DNA of 63,401 nt, filler included, from Reticulomyxa filosa (Eukaryota; Protista; Foraminifera): the NCBI GenBank assembly GCA_000512085.1. It is 24 parts of 24 records of this genome, joined end to end, with 100 filler letters (N's around TTAATTAATTAA, not from the genome) between each part and the next. Parts side by side here need not be neighbours in the genome. Positions count along the whole stretch, not along the records: positions 9,741 to 12,086 come from ASPP01027364.1; positions 12,187 to 14,224 come from ASPP01012255.1; positions 14,325 to 15,956 come from ASPP01008403.1; positions 16,057 to 19,816 come from ASPP01003244.1; positions 19,917 to 22,089 come from ASPP01004529.1; positions 22,190 to 23,812 come from ASPP01018589.1; 18 more parts are not named here. One strand, 5' to 3'. Under the pieces are notes generated by a model. The model was not told where the DNA came from and made no database searches. It was given only the letters and a program-made list of their open reading frames with translations. The position numbers and the translations under genes were made by a program. Below, piece by piece: positions 9,741 to 22,345 of the stretch (position 1 is its first letter; each line of letters begins with the position of its first letter).

Positions 9741-12086
9741 TCAATTAATCATATCCTTCAAGGTTATTCCCAACAAAAATATTCTGATTTCATTCAAGAT
9801 TTACTCATCACAATCAAACTTGTGGAAAGAATTGAGAAGAATACAGATAAACGTAATGTATATATTTCAATTTTGCCAAAGTTATATTCCAAAATTGGAA
9901 ATAAACTCATTCCCAAAATGCAAATTTTGAAAGAAATGGTATCACATGGATATTTGAATAATGAACTTGCTTTGTATTCGGATGAGGCAACACGATTGAA
10001 TCGTTATTTGGAATTAATGCTTTTGAAGAAAAAAGTAAATGAGAATAGCGAAGATTGGAAGAAGTTATGTGATAAAAATAATATCTCTGGTCTTGGCTGT
10101 GTTGTGAAAATTTCAAAAGTGAAAGTGGATGTCACCAAACTTATTTTTGCCATGATTGATGGAGATATTGATCTGACACAACTCGAGGGAAACGAGTGTG
10201 TATTTAATTCACTGGAAAAAATGAGTAAATTATTGTTGGATTTCAGTAGTCTTTATAAACAGTATGAACGTGCTTTGTACGTGTGGTTTTTGAAACAACT
10301 TTATGTGTGGAAAGGGGTTCATTGGATTGAGATTATATTCACGTCATTGGATGTTGGTATGAAATTTCCTTTTTTTGGGGAAATTAAAGAGAAGCAATGT
10401 ATTCAGTTTGTTGCGTCCAAGGACACTTCACAATAATTCTCTCAATCCGTTCATTGGAGTATATGGAAATAACGCCCATATGAAAAACATAAAGCAAATC
10501 ATGAACAATGAATTTATAATTGTACTTACTAATAAGTCTTTGAATATGCCTATTCCTTCTAGAATGATGGCAGAATCATTGTCATTGATTAATTTCTATG
10601 ATAAATATACCAAAAACCAAGTGCAAAGTTAATTATTTTGCTTTTTATTTTCTATTTTCTCTACAATTTTTGCCATTGTTTGAAACAAATAATCCATGAT
10701 AGATCTATTGGCGTACATTCAAAATGATCCAATGAGACTCCAAGAACAAAAAATATTTTGGCAAATCTTCACTCATTGGACCACTTCCGAAAATAATCAA
10801 TTTTCAGCCAGAGATACAATTGATGTCATTGTGGCAAGATTAGGTTTCCATTTTGTATCTATTCTTCCATTTATGAACCAGAATCCATTTCAATTGCTAT
10901 TAGTAAATTCCGAATCATTTTTGCCTGTATCAACTGAATGTGAAACAGTATCAAATGAGTCTTTGAAAGTGCACTATTGTTCAAACAATCATGCATTGTT
11001 GATCGATGGATCAGAGGACCTTTTGAACCAAGTGATATGCCAAATAAATGGTTGCGGAGGCACAATTATCAAAACAATTTCCAAAAAGTCAAATCAACAG
11101 AAGGATACAATAGACAAGAAAGATGATTGGTTTGTATTGAAGAGATATTATTCATCCCCCAAAAAAACAGAGCCAAGTACATTGAAACTTTTTACATCCA
11201 TATTGATACGACTGTTGTATCATTTGTTATTATTTTTACGAAATGAAAGTATTCCACAAGATACTGAGAAAATTCAACATTTGCTAAAAATAAAAATTAA
11301 AAATGAAGTATCCAACTTTTTATGGAATAAAATTAAACGTAAATTCAAAAGATTGCAAATGATAACAAATTTGAATGAAGAATTGTTATGTGTTGCTCTT
11401 CATTTGTGGATTAAAGATTTCCATGAAAAATTTGAAAAATGGTATCCTAGAAGATTGTCTAACAACACTTTAGAAGTGATTTATGAATTTGAAGAGAGGT
11501 TGGACAAAGAATACTCGACATTCTTTAGTGATAAAACTGAGCTTATTAAGCTTCGAAACAAAAGTGAAATTGGATCAAATCAGAACAACATGGAGTTATC
11601 AAAATTGATGAGTGAAATTGAAGAAACCCAAAAATTGGATGAAGAGCATCTTTCACAATTATTTTTAGAAGTTCGACCACTGTTATGGAAAGATTTGTCT
11701 TCTGTGTTTAATGCAAATCCATCTATGGTCAATGATTATCCATTGATTGCTCAATTATTAAATTGGGATGAGAGTATCTGGTATCTGCAATATCTTCCAG
11801 TAATTGCAAATTTGATCAAATATGTTCACAGTAAATACTCTCGACAGTTGTTGCCAGATGAATTACATCAAGTCCAAATAATTGACATATTGAGACAAAA
11901 ATATCAATGTAGGATTTGGTGGGAACATTTCGTACTTTGTTGGAATTACTTTGTATTGGATTATGAACAATTGAGATATGTTGTCAAGATATTCCAATTG
12001 AACAATTTTGTATCATCGATTCCGATGCAAATAACTCACGGTTTAATATCTATCAAATAATTCGACTTTTGGAACAGCAACAAAAT
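9741..12086 (+). pseudogene. Fragment of a giant RNF213-like E3 ligase C-terminal region, with frame disruptions
   Basis: Degenerate RZ-finger-like HYCSNNHALLIDG...ICQINGCGGTI, followed by ILIRLLYHLLL and YLQYLPVIANL segments in the order seen in RNF213-type proteins. Frame breaks near 10430 and 12000. Assigned by eye. Confidence 0.45.
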
Positions 12087-12868
12087 NNNNNNNNNNNNNN
12101 NNNNNNNNNNNNNNNNNNNNNNNNNNNNNNTTAATTAATTAANNNNNNNNNNNNNNNNNNNNNNNNNNNNNNNNNNNNNNNNNNNNGTTGCAGTTCGTTT
12201 TTTTTTTTTTTTTTTACAATACAAAATAACTTTCTGTTTTGCGGTTCGATCCTGTTCTGTAATACTGTCAGATGCGAGTTGCCCGTCGGCGATTGACTTG
12301 GATTCAACGTATGGTCTAGTGCATTAGTTGGTGATTGAGTGCTTTTTGCTGCTTGGATTACATGAGAGGTCGGCGGTGGCTCAATTGTGGAATCTTCCTG
12401 CATTTTGTTTGTTCAGAGGAGAAAACATACCAAAGGCGGTTTCCTCTGCATTTTCTTTTCCAACTGCCACACCACCGAACAAAAAGACAAAACAAAGACA
12501 AACAAAAACCAAAACTTAACAGGTGGAGTCACAGGTGACATTATGTATCCAAAAAGCTCGGCAAAGGGATGTTGCTGATTTGCTTTTTTTTTGCTGTGGG
12601 GACCCTTTTTTTTTGACGTTGCCCACACTGTTTGCTTTATCATAATTGTGCAAAGCTTGTAAGGTGTCGCAATTGAATACAGTTTTTTTGTTCTTAATGC
12701 TATTCATGTTTTAACTAGGAAAAATTTACCCACTGTTTTTAGCAGAGACGTATTTTAGTTAATCATTCTAATATTTAAGTTGATAGTATTTTAAAATTAA
12801 GCCAAATTAAAGGATTTAGATGTACCTCAAACATGTTCAACCACAATAATAACAACAAACAAAATGGT

Positions 12869-14178
12869 TTAAGGAGAGCCCTTTTTTTGAAGACTTGTCA
12901 TATTGGTCAATTCCTCATGAGCGAATTTGGGCCCGCCTGGATGTACTTGTTCGTCCACCAAATAACATAAAAAGATGGTGTCAACAGCAACTTCGTAAAC
13001 CAGCATGAATAAGCTGCCAATCATATACGACACAATAAATACAGCCTACAATTTCAAACAAGGAAAAAAAGACGGTTTGAAGAAGAACAAAAAAAAAAAG
13101 AAACATCTCAACTAATCCAGGCAAGAGGATGGAAGACAAATTATGACTATAGTAAGTAGCCTCGCTGAAGGCAATCATGCAAATTCCAGTGGTAAGGGCA
13201 GAAATAGTTAAACGTCCAAATAATTCCATATAGTGGCTGATTCCCTCCACAAAAGTAGCTCGCATTGCGTTGCTGAAAACAAGTTTGACAGCAATGATGC
13301 TCGAGTAGCAAAAATTTGTTCCGTAAATGGTCGTGAAAATGAACCCCTCTTTGTTGATTTTGTCAATGATGCATTCCAAGCATTTTAAGCAACAATCCGC
13401 ACAACCCAATAGACATTTGGCCAAAATATTTTGCGCGTTTTCTGTTTTGTGTTGAACGTACAGCAATGCCCAACGAAGTAATCGGACTGGCGTAATTAAC
13501 AACGCACCAAACGCCAAAGAGCCCAAGTGAAACCGCAACACTCTTTTTGTTGTTGTTATTGTTAACATGCGTTCTTTTTTCTTTCGTTAGGTCAAAAGCA
13601 ATGAAAACAAAGTCTTTCAAACTACCTGCTGAAGGATTCAAGAACGGGTGCGTTCGACAATTCTGCCATTCCGTAACCCCGAACCTTTTGGGTTTGCGTT
13701 GAGTCCCAAATGGAGAAATACCAATCTGCAAAAGCCCCGGCCAACACCATAAATCCAAAATAGATTATTACTTGTACCATATACATCAAACACAGGAAAT
13801 GATAAACCAACGCATTCTATTTTTTTTTTTTTTTTTGATAAGATAATTTTTTGATTGGGTGAGAAAAGCAATCGTATTACACTTTATACATCTGTGGTGT
13901 ACACCAAAAAAAAAAAAAACACACACACATTACAAAAGAGAGAACCTTCATATCCACATTAAAACTTGTTTCGACATAATTTGCGCCAAAGTATTCGACC
14001 AAGTCGTCCGGCGTCGTTTTCGTATCTTTTTGTTTGCACGAGTAGATGTACAAAGCGATGGCTAACCAAAATGCCATGTATCCAATTCCAACCAATGAGT
14101 ACAGCACCGGAAATAATACAGTACTTGGCATATCACGAACTGCCCGAGAAGCTTCATTTAACATATTCAACGCTAGTT
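12869..14178 (-). CDS. Choline transporter-like (CTL/SLC44) protein, multi-exon, 5'-partial
   Basis: RFHLGSLAFGALLI, IYGTNFCYS, EVAVDTIFLCYLVD and LAGAFADWYF are CTL-family hallmark segments. Stop at 12869-12871. Confidence 0.88.
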
Positions 14179-14188
14179 CTATTCGCTT

Positions 14189-14224
<36 letters not shown>

Positions 14225-14324
14225 NNNNNNNNNNNNNNNNNNNNNNNNNNNNNNNNNNNNNNNNNNNNTTAATTAATTAANNNNNNNNNNNNNNNNNNNN
14301 NNNNNNNNNNNNNNNNNNNNNNNN

Positions 14325-14361
<37 letters not shown>

Positions 14362-15105
14362 CCTTCATTTCTTTATTGTCTTCATTATTCGCATTCTTTG
14401 CGTGATTGACATCCTCTAGAGTGTCATCCACATTTCGCAGATAATTAGCAAATCCATTTTTACATCGCATGACTTGGAAGCTGGCTTTGCTTTGTTTCAG
14501 AAACGCCTTGAACTTGTCAAGTCCGTTGTAATAGTTTTCCAACGAATCAAAAGTGACAAAGGCGGAGATGATATCGACGAGATGGGCACTCGTCGGAAAG
14601 GACTGTTTGTAATACACAGATTGGGCCTTTTGTTTCAATTTGTCGTGTGACTTGATGCAACTATCGTTGTAGTCTGCACCTTTGCACTCCAATTCGAAAA
14701 ACTTTTTCATGGCCGTGTGGAACGCGTCGTCCATTAAATAGGCACGATTGAGAAGTTGGTTTAAATAAATGTCAAAATCGAACAGATTTTGAGGGAAGTA
14801 GTGTAAGTCGCTGCTGCTGGCGATCATATGTTCCAGCAACGTTTTGTCCATAGTCGACTGCAGTCCATTGTGCACTTTGTCTTGTCTCCAATTTTTTCGT
14901 TTCTTTGCCAAGGTATTGTTTATCGATCATGTCACTCGCGTCGAACGAGCACAGCTTTCGCAACAGAGTCTCGGACTTGGCGCTCTCGATCTCAAACTGC
15001 TCTTGCATTCTCAAGCTCTCCTTCCTGCCCTCCTTCGCGCAGTATTGTTGAATGCACTCCCATTTGGACGCCTTCAATTGCATGTCGTGGTTATCGTTAT
15101 TGTTA

Positions 15106-15143
<38 letters not shown>

Positions 15144-15845
15144 GTTATTATTATTATTATTATTGTTGTCTTTAGCGGACTCGTTCTTTGTTACCTTTTT
15201 GTGTTCTTCGTTGTTGTCTTCCAATAAACACCACAGGCGTCTATTGCAACAAGCCATTTTTTTTTTTTTTTTTTTTAACGTTAAAAAAAAAAAATTAAAT
15301 ATTAATAAATAATAAATCTCCCCCTTTGATAAACTTGCATTGGTCGCTCTCTATTGACAAGTATTGACACAACCATTCCCAATCCACTGGCCTATCTTGC
15401 AACGTATCCACCGTCAACAACTCCGTACACTTTTCAAAGAAACACTTCCACATTCGATGAGGGTCGAACATGTAACACAGATTAAACATCTCCACGCTCA
15501 TCACTTTCCTCTGTCCGATCATTGCCACCAACACATCACACAGACTTTTCATCGTCGACACGTACTGTTCTTCGTGCAACACTTGTCTCATCGTCTTCAG
15601 CATTATCTCGCTTTTGCTCTTCTCTTTTGTGCACTGCACCGCATATTCGCGCGCTTGGCGTGTGTTGTCTTCCAAATACTTGTGGCTTATCAATAGCTTT
15701 ATGCACTCCGCCCGCTGATACGCGATCGCCAGATTCAGGCGTCGTCCCATTGCTTCAAAGGAATCTGTTGTCGAATTCTGGATTGCAACACGTAACGCAA
15801 GCACTTTACAAAGTTGCCGCTTACCAAGTGTCCAAGCAACGTCTC
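14325..15845 (-). CDS. Protein with a C-terminal RelA/SpoT-like nucleotidyltransferase domain; spliced, partial, apparent frameshift near 14900
   Basis: IKSHDKLKQKAQSVY...AHLVDIISAFVTFDS...FQVMRCKNGF follows the K-x6-K...D...R-x-KN-x-F pattern of RelA/SpoT-like domains. Contains poly-Asn tracts. Confidence 0.55.
15094..15168. repeat. (TTA/TTG)n trinucleotide microsatellite encoding poly-Asn on the minus strand
   Basis: Direct reading. Confidence 0.9.
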
Positions 15846-15914
15846 CTTTTTTTTTTTTTTTTTTTTGTTTCCATTTCAAATCGAGTTACATGATATGTGG
15901 AATATGCATATGCA

Positions 15915-15954
<40 letters not shown>

Positions 15955-17210
15955 TGNNNNNNNNNNNNNNNNNNNNNNNNNNNNNNNNNNNNNNNNNNNN
16001 TTAATTAATTAANNNNNNNNNNNNNNNNNNNNNNNNNNNNNNNNNNNNNNNNNNNNTCAAAAATAGAATTTTGCAATATCTTATGTTAAGAACAATAAAT
16101 TATCTTTTTTTACTTATTCAGAATATCTAATAATATAATCTTATGGTTAAAATGAAAATGCAAATATTTTTTATATGATCCAATGAACTAATTACTATCA
16201 ACGAAACAAAAAAAAAATATTTGCATATTAATTGTAAATAACAAATACATGATGAGATTAAACAATTGAAATCAGAAAAAGAATTTAATGAAAAAAAACC
16301 AAATGAAGAAATTTTAAAAATAAATAATGAAAATCTAATCTTAAGACAGTTTCTTTTGTGTTTCTTAACTTGCTTGCTTTTTTTTTTTAAAAACCAATAA
16401 GTAATTCAACATTTAAGTGTAATATAAACAATGAATCCATAGAGACTCATTTGTGTAAGAACACGAATTGTCTATTCCTGCTCTTAATCAAACAATACCC
16501 CTTTGCATTTTTTTTTTTTTGAAAAAAAAAGACAAAAAAAAATTTGGTCAGGCAGCTGAGGTGATGCCAATTAAAAATTTTTTTTTTTGCGTTTCCCTTT
16601 TTTTTTAAAAAAAATTTATTTTGTATTTTAATTTGGATGACATTATTTAAGCTAATTGGTTTTGATGATTTGTTTTTTTCTTTGAATTTTTTTTAGTGCT
16701 GTTGACTGCAAGATTAATGTTTTAAAGCTTCGTTTGACCAGATTGACTTTTGTTTGTCAGTGCACGAATTATTGTTGTCTAATTTTTATGTTCATTAGCA
16801 AAACTAAGTCTCTTTACTATATGTTCTTTAGAAGTTTTGTCTTTGTCTTTTTTGCAATTGTATAAAAATCATTTGATTTTAAAGTTTTTATTATTGTCGA
16901 ATAAGAAACTTTAATTTATTTTGGCATTCAAAAAATTGCATCACAGTAACGCCACAATTTACTACTGTTCTTATTGGTGTAGTAATGTCGTAGAAAACTG
17001 GAATTTGTTCTAAAATAATCTACGCTTTTCACACTAAAAGAATATGTTTGTTTCGTTCTTGTATAAAAAATACATATTTTGAAATACACTAAGAGATATG
17101 ACGCATCGCTATCATTTTGGCAAAGTCGTCCATACGCAGAAACAACTTTTATTCGATACAGTTGATATTTCAAAAGATAAACCAAAAACACAATTTTCTA
17201 GAATTCAGCG

Positions 17211-17339
17211 AATAAAAAAAAAGAAAAAAATGAAAAAAAAAGTAAAGAAAATAAAACTAATTAGTCAGGTGGCACGAAGTGCCGCCTGACCAATAGTTTT
17301 GCTTTCTTTACTTTTTTTCATTTTTCCTTTTTTTTTATT
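17211..17339. repeat. ~130-bp imperfect palindrome with a GC-rich hairpin core
   Basis: GTCAGGTGGCAC-GAA-GTGCCGCCTGAC core, with complementary ~50-nt A-rich and T-rich arms. Confidence 0.85.
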
Positions 17340-19480
17340 TATGGCCACTGTTTACTTTATATATTTCATTTTAAATGCAAATTTAACCAAGCATTTAACG
17401 TTTTTTGAACAATAATTTACTAACAATTAGTTTACAGAAGTTCTATGAAAACGCGTACTTCAAAATATGATTGTAATTTTAGTCTCGAAGTAACTGATGT
17501 AAAAATATTTTTTGTCAATCAAAGTGCTGATATATGAACATTGGACAGCAATGCAATTTTTAAAGATGGATAGCTCTCGATTGGAGTAATCACGGCGCTT
17601 GCATGGACAGTGGAGGAAAAGATAGAGTCCCTCGCATTTGGAGGCCTTAACTAATCACTAAGAGAGCAAAAAATTCTTCACTATCGTCATGTTTTCCAAA
17701 ATCAGATTTGTGATCATCAAGAAGAATAGGAAAATTTGTATCATCAATTCTTTGAGAAAAGAAACAAATCTTATTTGACAAAAAACTTGCTTTTAAAAAA
17801 CGTTCATGGTCAAAAAAAGAAATGATACACTACCAGCAAATTAAGTTGTACACATGTTCGCCAGTCTTTTGTTCTGGTCAAAAATTCATTTCGATTAGAT
17901 ATAACCGAAGCACTCGTAGCTCGATTGGAAACAGTTAAATAGATCTGTGTTTGCTTTGGTGTCGTTCACCAAAGCTAATAATATTAACACGTTTGCAAAA
18001 GAAGCCGCCGAACCAAGATTCAACAAAAAAACCTAGGCTGTGACAAGACTTGAAAACCCTACCCGTAATCAGGCGGTGGAGGAGACGGTAAGGCAAGTGG
18101 TCCACCTTCTTATGTGTCCGAATACACGAAATCTGTGCAAACGAATGTTGCAGCAGCAAAAGCTTGCGATGATTTAGGGTTCCTGACATGGGTGCGCTTA
18201 GACAACGTTTTGGAACTTGTTCAAAAACTCCCCAACACAAAAAAACCAGAGCAAGTTCAATCTTTATTTATATATTTATTTTTTTAAAAATGATTATTTG
18301 AAGAAAGAGGAGTGAGTGTAGAACATAAAAATTTGTAAAGTGTTCAAATTACGTACACAAAATACAAACGAAATAACAAAAAATAGAACGATCTCGTTGC
18401 ACTTTTAAGTCGCGCAAGTGAGATAACGCCTGCTATTGTGGTAAGGACTTCAAAAAAGTTAAATTTTCACAACATTTCCAATTTAATAAGCAAATCAATG
18501 TTTGTTTTAATTTTTTTTTTAAAAAAATAAAAACAAATAAAAAAAAGTGGGGGGTGGCCATTATAAAGCGTGCTACGAAGTGTTCACCTTAACACAGTGG
18601 ATGAGCACCCCTCCAAGCGGGCCTCCTTTGGGTCATTACGACCAGCAAACGCATGCATGCGACTTCAACTTGAGCCGCATTGTTTCGACTAAGAAGGCAT
18701 TTGATGCGCTCCTACATTTACACTTCAAACATATCTGCAATGAACGTTGAATTCCCTGGTGTCGATGACAAGGCGGACAATGTTGAAATTTCAATCCCCG
18801 AACAATTCCTCACTAAGATTAATCTTCAATCGAGTGCTGTAGAAACCACCCACGTCAAACATGGTTAGATGGATTTTTTTTATAAGGGTCAACAAAGTCA
18901 ATTGGTTGCTTTGGCTGTCACATTGATTGTTTACGGATAAGTTGCTGACTGTAAACTAATCAAATTTTGATCTTTTTGGTTTTATTAATTTTTTACGTAT
19001 CAATTAAGTGCAAATTTATTTTCCTCAAACAAATTTGCCATGTCAGTTTCAATTCTAAGATTTAGCACTGCCTGTTTTTTCACAAAAAAAAAAAGGTTCT
19101 CCAATAATCTGGATTTTCTTTGCAGAATGAAATTGATTACGAAATTTTTCTTTTTATCTTGATAATGGAAAAATAAAAACGACAAATTGATGATATTTTT
19201 GATAAAAAAAAATGTATGATCTGTCGAAGTGAGGCGTTCCCAACTGGTGCCCCCACCCTGGTCCTCCCGGGCCCCTAGCACTAGAAAAGACGATCGCCAA
19301 TAAGACCACCTAATAATTTATTCAAAATATGTTTCACAACTTGCCATCATGCCTTCGTCTTAGTATGTTAATGATTATACTGCAAATGTTGCTGAATCAG
19401 CTTTTTCTCAAATACAACGTCTTCCACTCACAGTACATTCAATCCATCATCATGCTGTCCTCCCCCCCCCCCCCAACAAC

Positions 19481-19650
19481 TTGCAACAAAAAGCAGTCAC
19501 AGAAGAGACATCGGCGAGTGTGTTGTATTGGGAGTGGTTGGATGGCCGTACGATTGCCTTTGTGGCAGGCACCGCAGCTTATCACTGGAGTGTGAAGGGT
19601 GACGCGACACCAGAAAAGAAATTTGAAATAGATGCCGAAACTCGTCATGA
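19481..19650 (+). pseudogene. Clathrin heavy chain N-terminal propeller fragment (isolated exon or remnant)
   Basis: VLYWEWLDGRTIAFVAGTAAYHWSVKGDATPEKKFE matches the clathrin consensus V.FWKW....LALVT..AVYHWS..G...P.K.F. Confidence 0.65.
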
Positions 19651-19936
19651 GTGGACATCCACCTTGTTCTGTTTCACTAGATCTGATGGAGTTGAGTTTT
19701 TTGTTTTGTTTTTGTTTGAGAGGTGGGGAGAAATAAAAAAGGGGGTGGTGATGGGGGGGGGGGTGGTGAGGAAGAAGGTTTTGGGTTAGTGTGTAAAATC
19801 TTGTTCTTTTTTTTTTNNNNNNNNNNNNNNNNNNNNNNNNNNNNNNNNNNNNNNNNNNNNTTAATTAATTAANNNNNNNNNNNNNNNNNNNNNNNNNNNN
19901 NNNNNNNNNNNNNNNNAAAAAAAAAAAAAAAAAAAG

Positions 19937-22070
19937 TTGGTTTGGATAATGGAACTGTGCAAACATGGAATGTGAGCAGAATATTGGAAAAACAAAATGG
20001 ATTAAAGAAAGAGTGGAGCTGTCACGAAGGTGGCGTATTGGGAGTGGAATGGAATGGGAAACAAGCGACGCTATTGTCGACAAGTGGGAAAAGCGATGGA
20101 CGAGTATGTGTGTGGAGTATTGATGATGACAATGACAATGACAATGACAACGATAATGATAATGATGACAACAAAGGTAAAGCAAAGGAGATGGCAACAA
20201 TTCAATTGGGTGGAAAGAAACGAGTGGTGAGTACAGCTTGGCATGTGTCAGAGGCGTCCATTTTGGCCGTCGCAGATGACAGTGGAATGATTGGGGTATA
20301 TCACGTTCAGGATACAAGTAAGCCTATGTTCAAAGTCAAAAATCCAATTGGAGGAGGAGGAGGAGGAGGAGGAGGAGAAGAAGGAGGAGGAGGAGAGTCA
20401 TGGATTCAGTCAATATCTTGGCATCCAATTCAATCCCGAGTCCTCGCAGTCTTGCATCGAAATGGGCTGATCAAAATGTGGGACTTAAAACAGACCGCCA
20501 AAGAAATGAGACAATTTCAACACCCTTGTCCAACGTCCGACCCAATGTCGAATGCAAATGTGGCTTGGTGTTGGTGTAAACATGGATTAAATGCATTGAT
20601 GACATGTGGAGGAGGAGGAGGAGGAGGGGGCTCTTTCAAATGCGTTGTGTGGCACACTGAACAACGACAAGCCGCATATGAACTGGACTTGAAACAGCAC
20701 GGCGGAGGCCCCGGCTTGTTGGGTGTGTTCAACGTGACTTGCAATCCTTTGCGTTGTGGCTACTTTGCACTGTGCACAGACGAAGGCCAGGTGTCCGTCT
20801 ATGAAATGCATTACTTTGGCCCTTCCCTTTGTCCTCCTTGGCTGGCCAGACCTTGCGGAGCGTGTTTCAGTTTTGGCAGAAAAGTCTTTCGCTTTGGCCG
20901 AGAGCTTGTACCTCAGTCTACACTGTCGTCATCGGGACACAACAGTGAGGTAGAAGGAGAACAGCACGCCAATGCCAAAGGAAAGGCCAAAACAAAGAAC
21001 AAACATCCTCCTGCGGACAAAGTCTTGGTCATCCCTCCTCGTGTCTATGTCGATGTGTTGCCAGTATCCTCGCCTTTGCTCGCTCGCGCTCAGTCCTTCC
21101 AACGCATGCTGGCTCAGCTCAAATCTAGTCACGATTTCCAGACTTTGGCCCAGCAAAAACTCGCGCAAAATCATTACTCTGCTTTTCTCTGGGAAATGCT
21201 GCAGTGCTTTTATCATAGTGATTCTCAACGCAAAATCATTGCCTACTTGGGCTTCTCTCTTCCTTCTTCTCAACAGGTGACACACACACACACACAAATT
21301 AATCTATTTAGTATACTTTGAGAAAAGTGTTCATTGTTATACTGTTTTTATTTTCCATGTGTCATATACTTGTATATTCCCCACATACAAAGGAAAGTCA
21401 TCATCATCATCATCATCATCACCGTAGTGGTGATGGTGCACCCGTCGATGAAGTTGTGGGCAATGACGGCGATGACAACAAAAGAAAAGATAATAGTGAA
21501 GACGAAGACAAAGATGAAGATGAGGATCCTGATTTTTGGATGCAACAGTTGAAAGGCAACAACTTGCAAAACAAAAAGCAACCGGAAACTGTCAATGATA
21601 GTGGAGATGATGATGATGATGATGATGATGACGATGATATCTTCAATCCCAACAAACCAACGCAAGGCAATGGCGATGACACACATGACGCGCATTCTCA
21701 CAAAGACAAAGACAAAGATGAAGATAAAGATAAAGATAAAAATAAAGATAATAAAGATAAAAAACATGAACATGATGAAATTGAAACTGAAACACAAACC
21801 GAAGAACCACAAAACGAACTTGAAGTTCAACTTTGCAACGCGGTCATCACCAACAACTACTCGCTTGCTGTCGAGTTGGCACTAAAGGCAGGCCATGTTG
21901 CAGACGCTCTGCTGCTTGCTCATGATGCTGGCGACAAGGAGCTGTTCCAAAGTGCAAAGAAAGCCTACTTGCAACAGCATCGATCCCCATTTTTTAAACG
22001 CGTTTATTCGCATATGTCCAATGCCAATTTCCGTCAATTGGTTCTTTCTTCAGTTTTGATTATGACCTCG
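19937..22070 (+). CDS. SEC31: COPII coat protein Sec31 (WD40 plus alpha-solenoid), partial, intron from ~21277
   Basis: WD40 repeats, then PPWLARPCGACFSFGRK (Sec31 PKW..RP.GA.F.FGG motif), then NAVITNNYSLAVELALKAGHVADALLLA. Confidence 0.82.
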
Positions 22071-22189
22071 AGACACACACACACACACANNNNNNNNNNN
22101 NNNNNNNNNNNNNNNNNNNNNNNNNNNNNNNNNTTAATTAATTAANNNNNNNNNNNNNNNNNNNNNNNNNNNNNNNNNNNNNNNNNNNN

Positions 22190-22314
22190 GTTCATCGTTG
22201 TAATAAGCCTGTCTTGCCTTATCATTTCGTAGTTTCATTCTCCTTTGATACGAATGCATTCGTGCTCTCCTTTCTCTTTCCAAAAAGTTGGTTTTCACTT
22301 CGTTTTCATTTGGC

Positions 22315-22345
<31 letters not shown>

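Noticed and set aside
17617-17630. AAGATAGAGTCC matching a group I intron S element
   Set aside because: No R, P or Q partner elements or pairing nearby; likely chance.
18547-18870. GGGHYKA resembling a USP His box
   Set aside because: A single short motif with no further USP similarity; cannot support a call.
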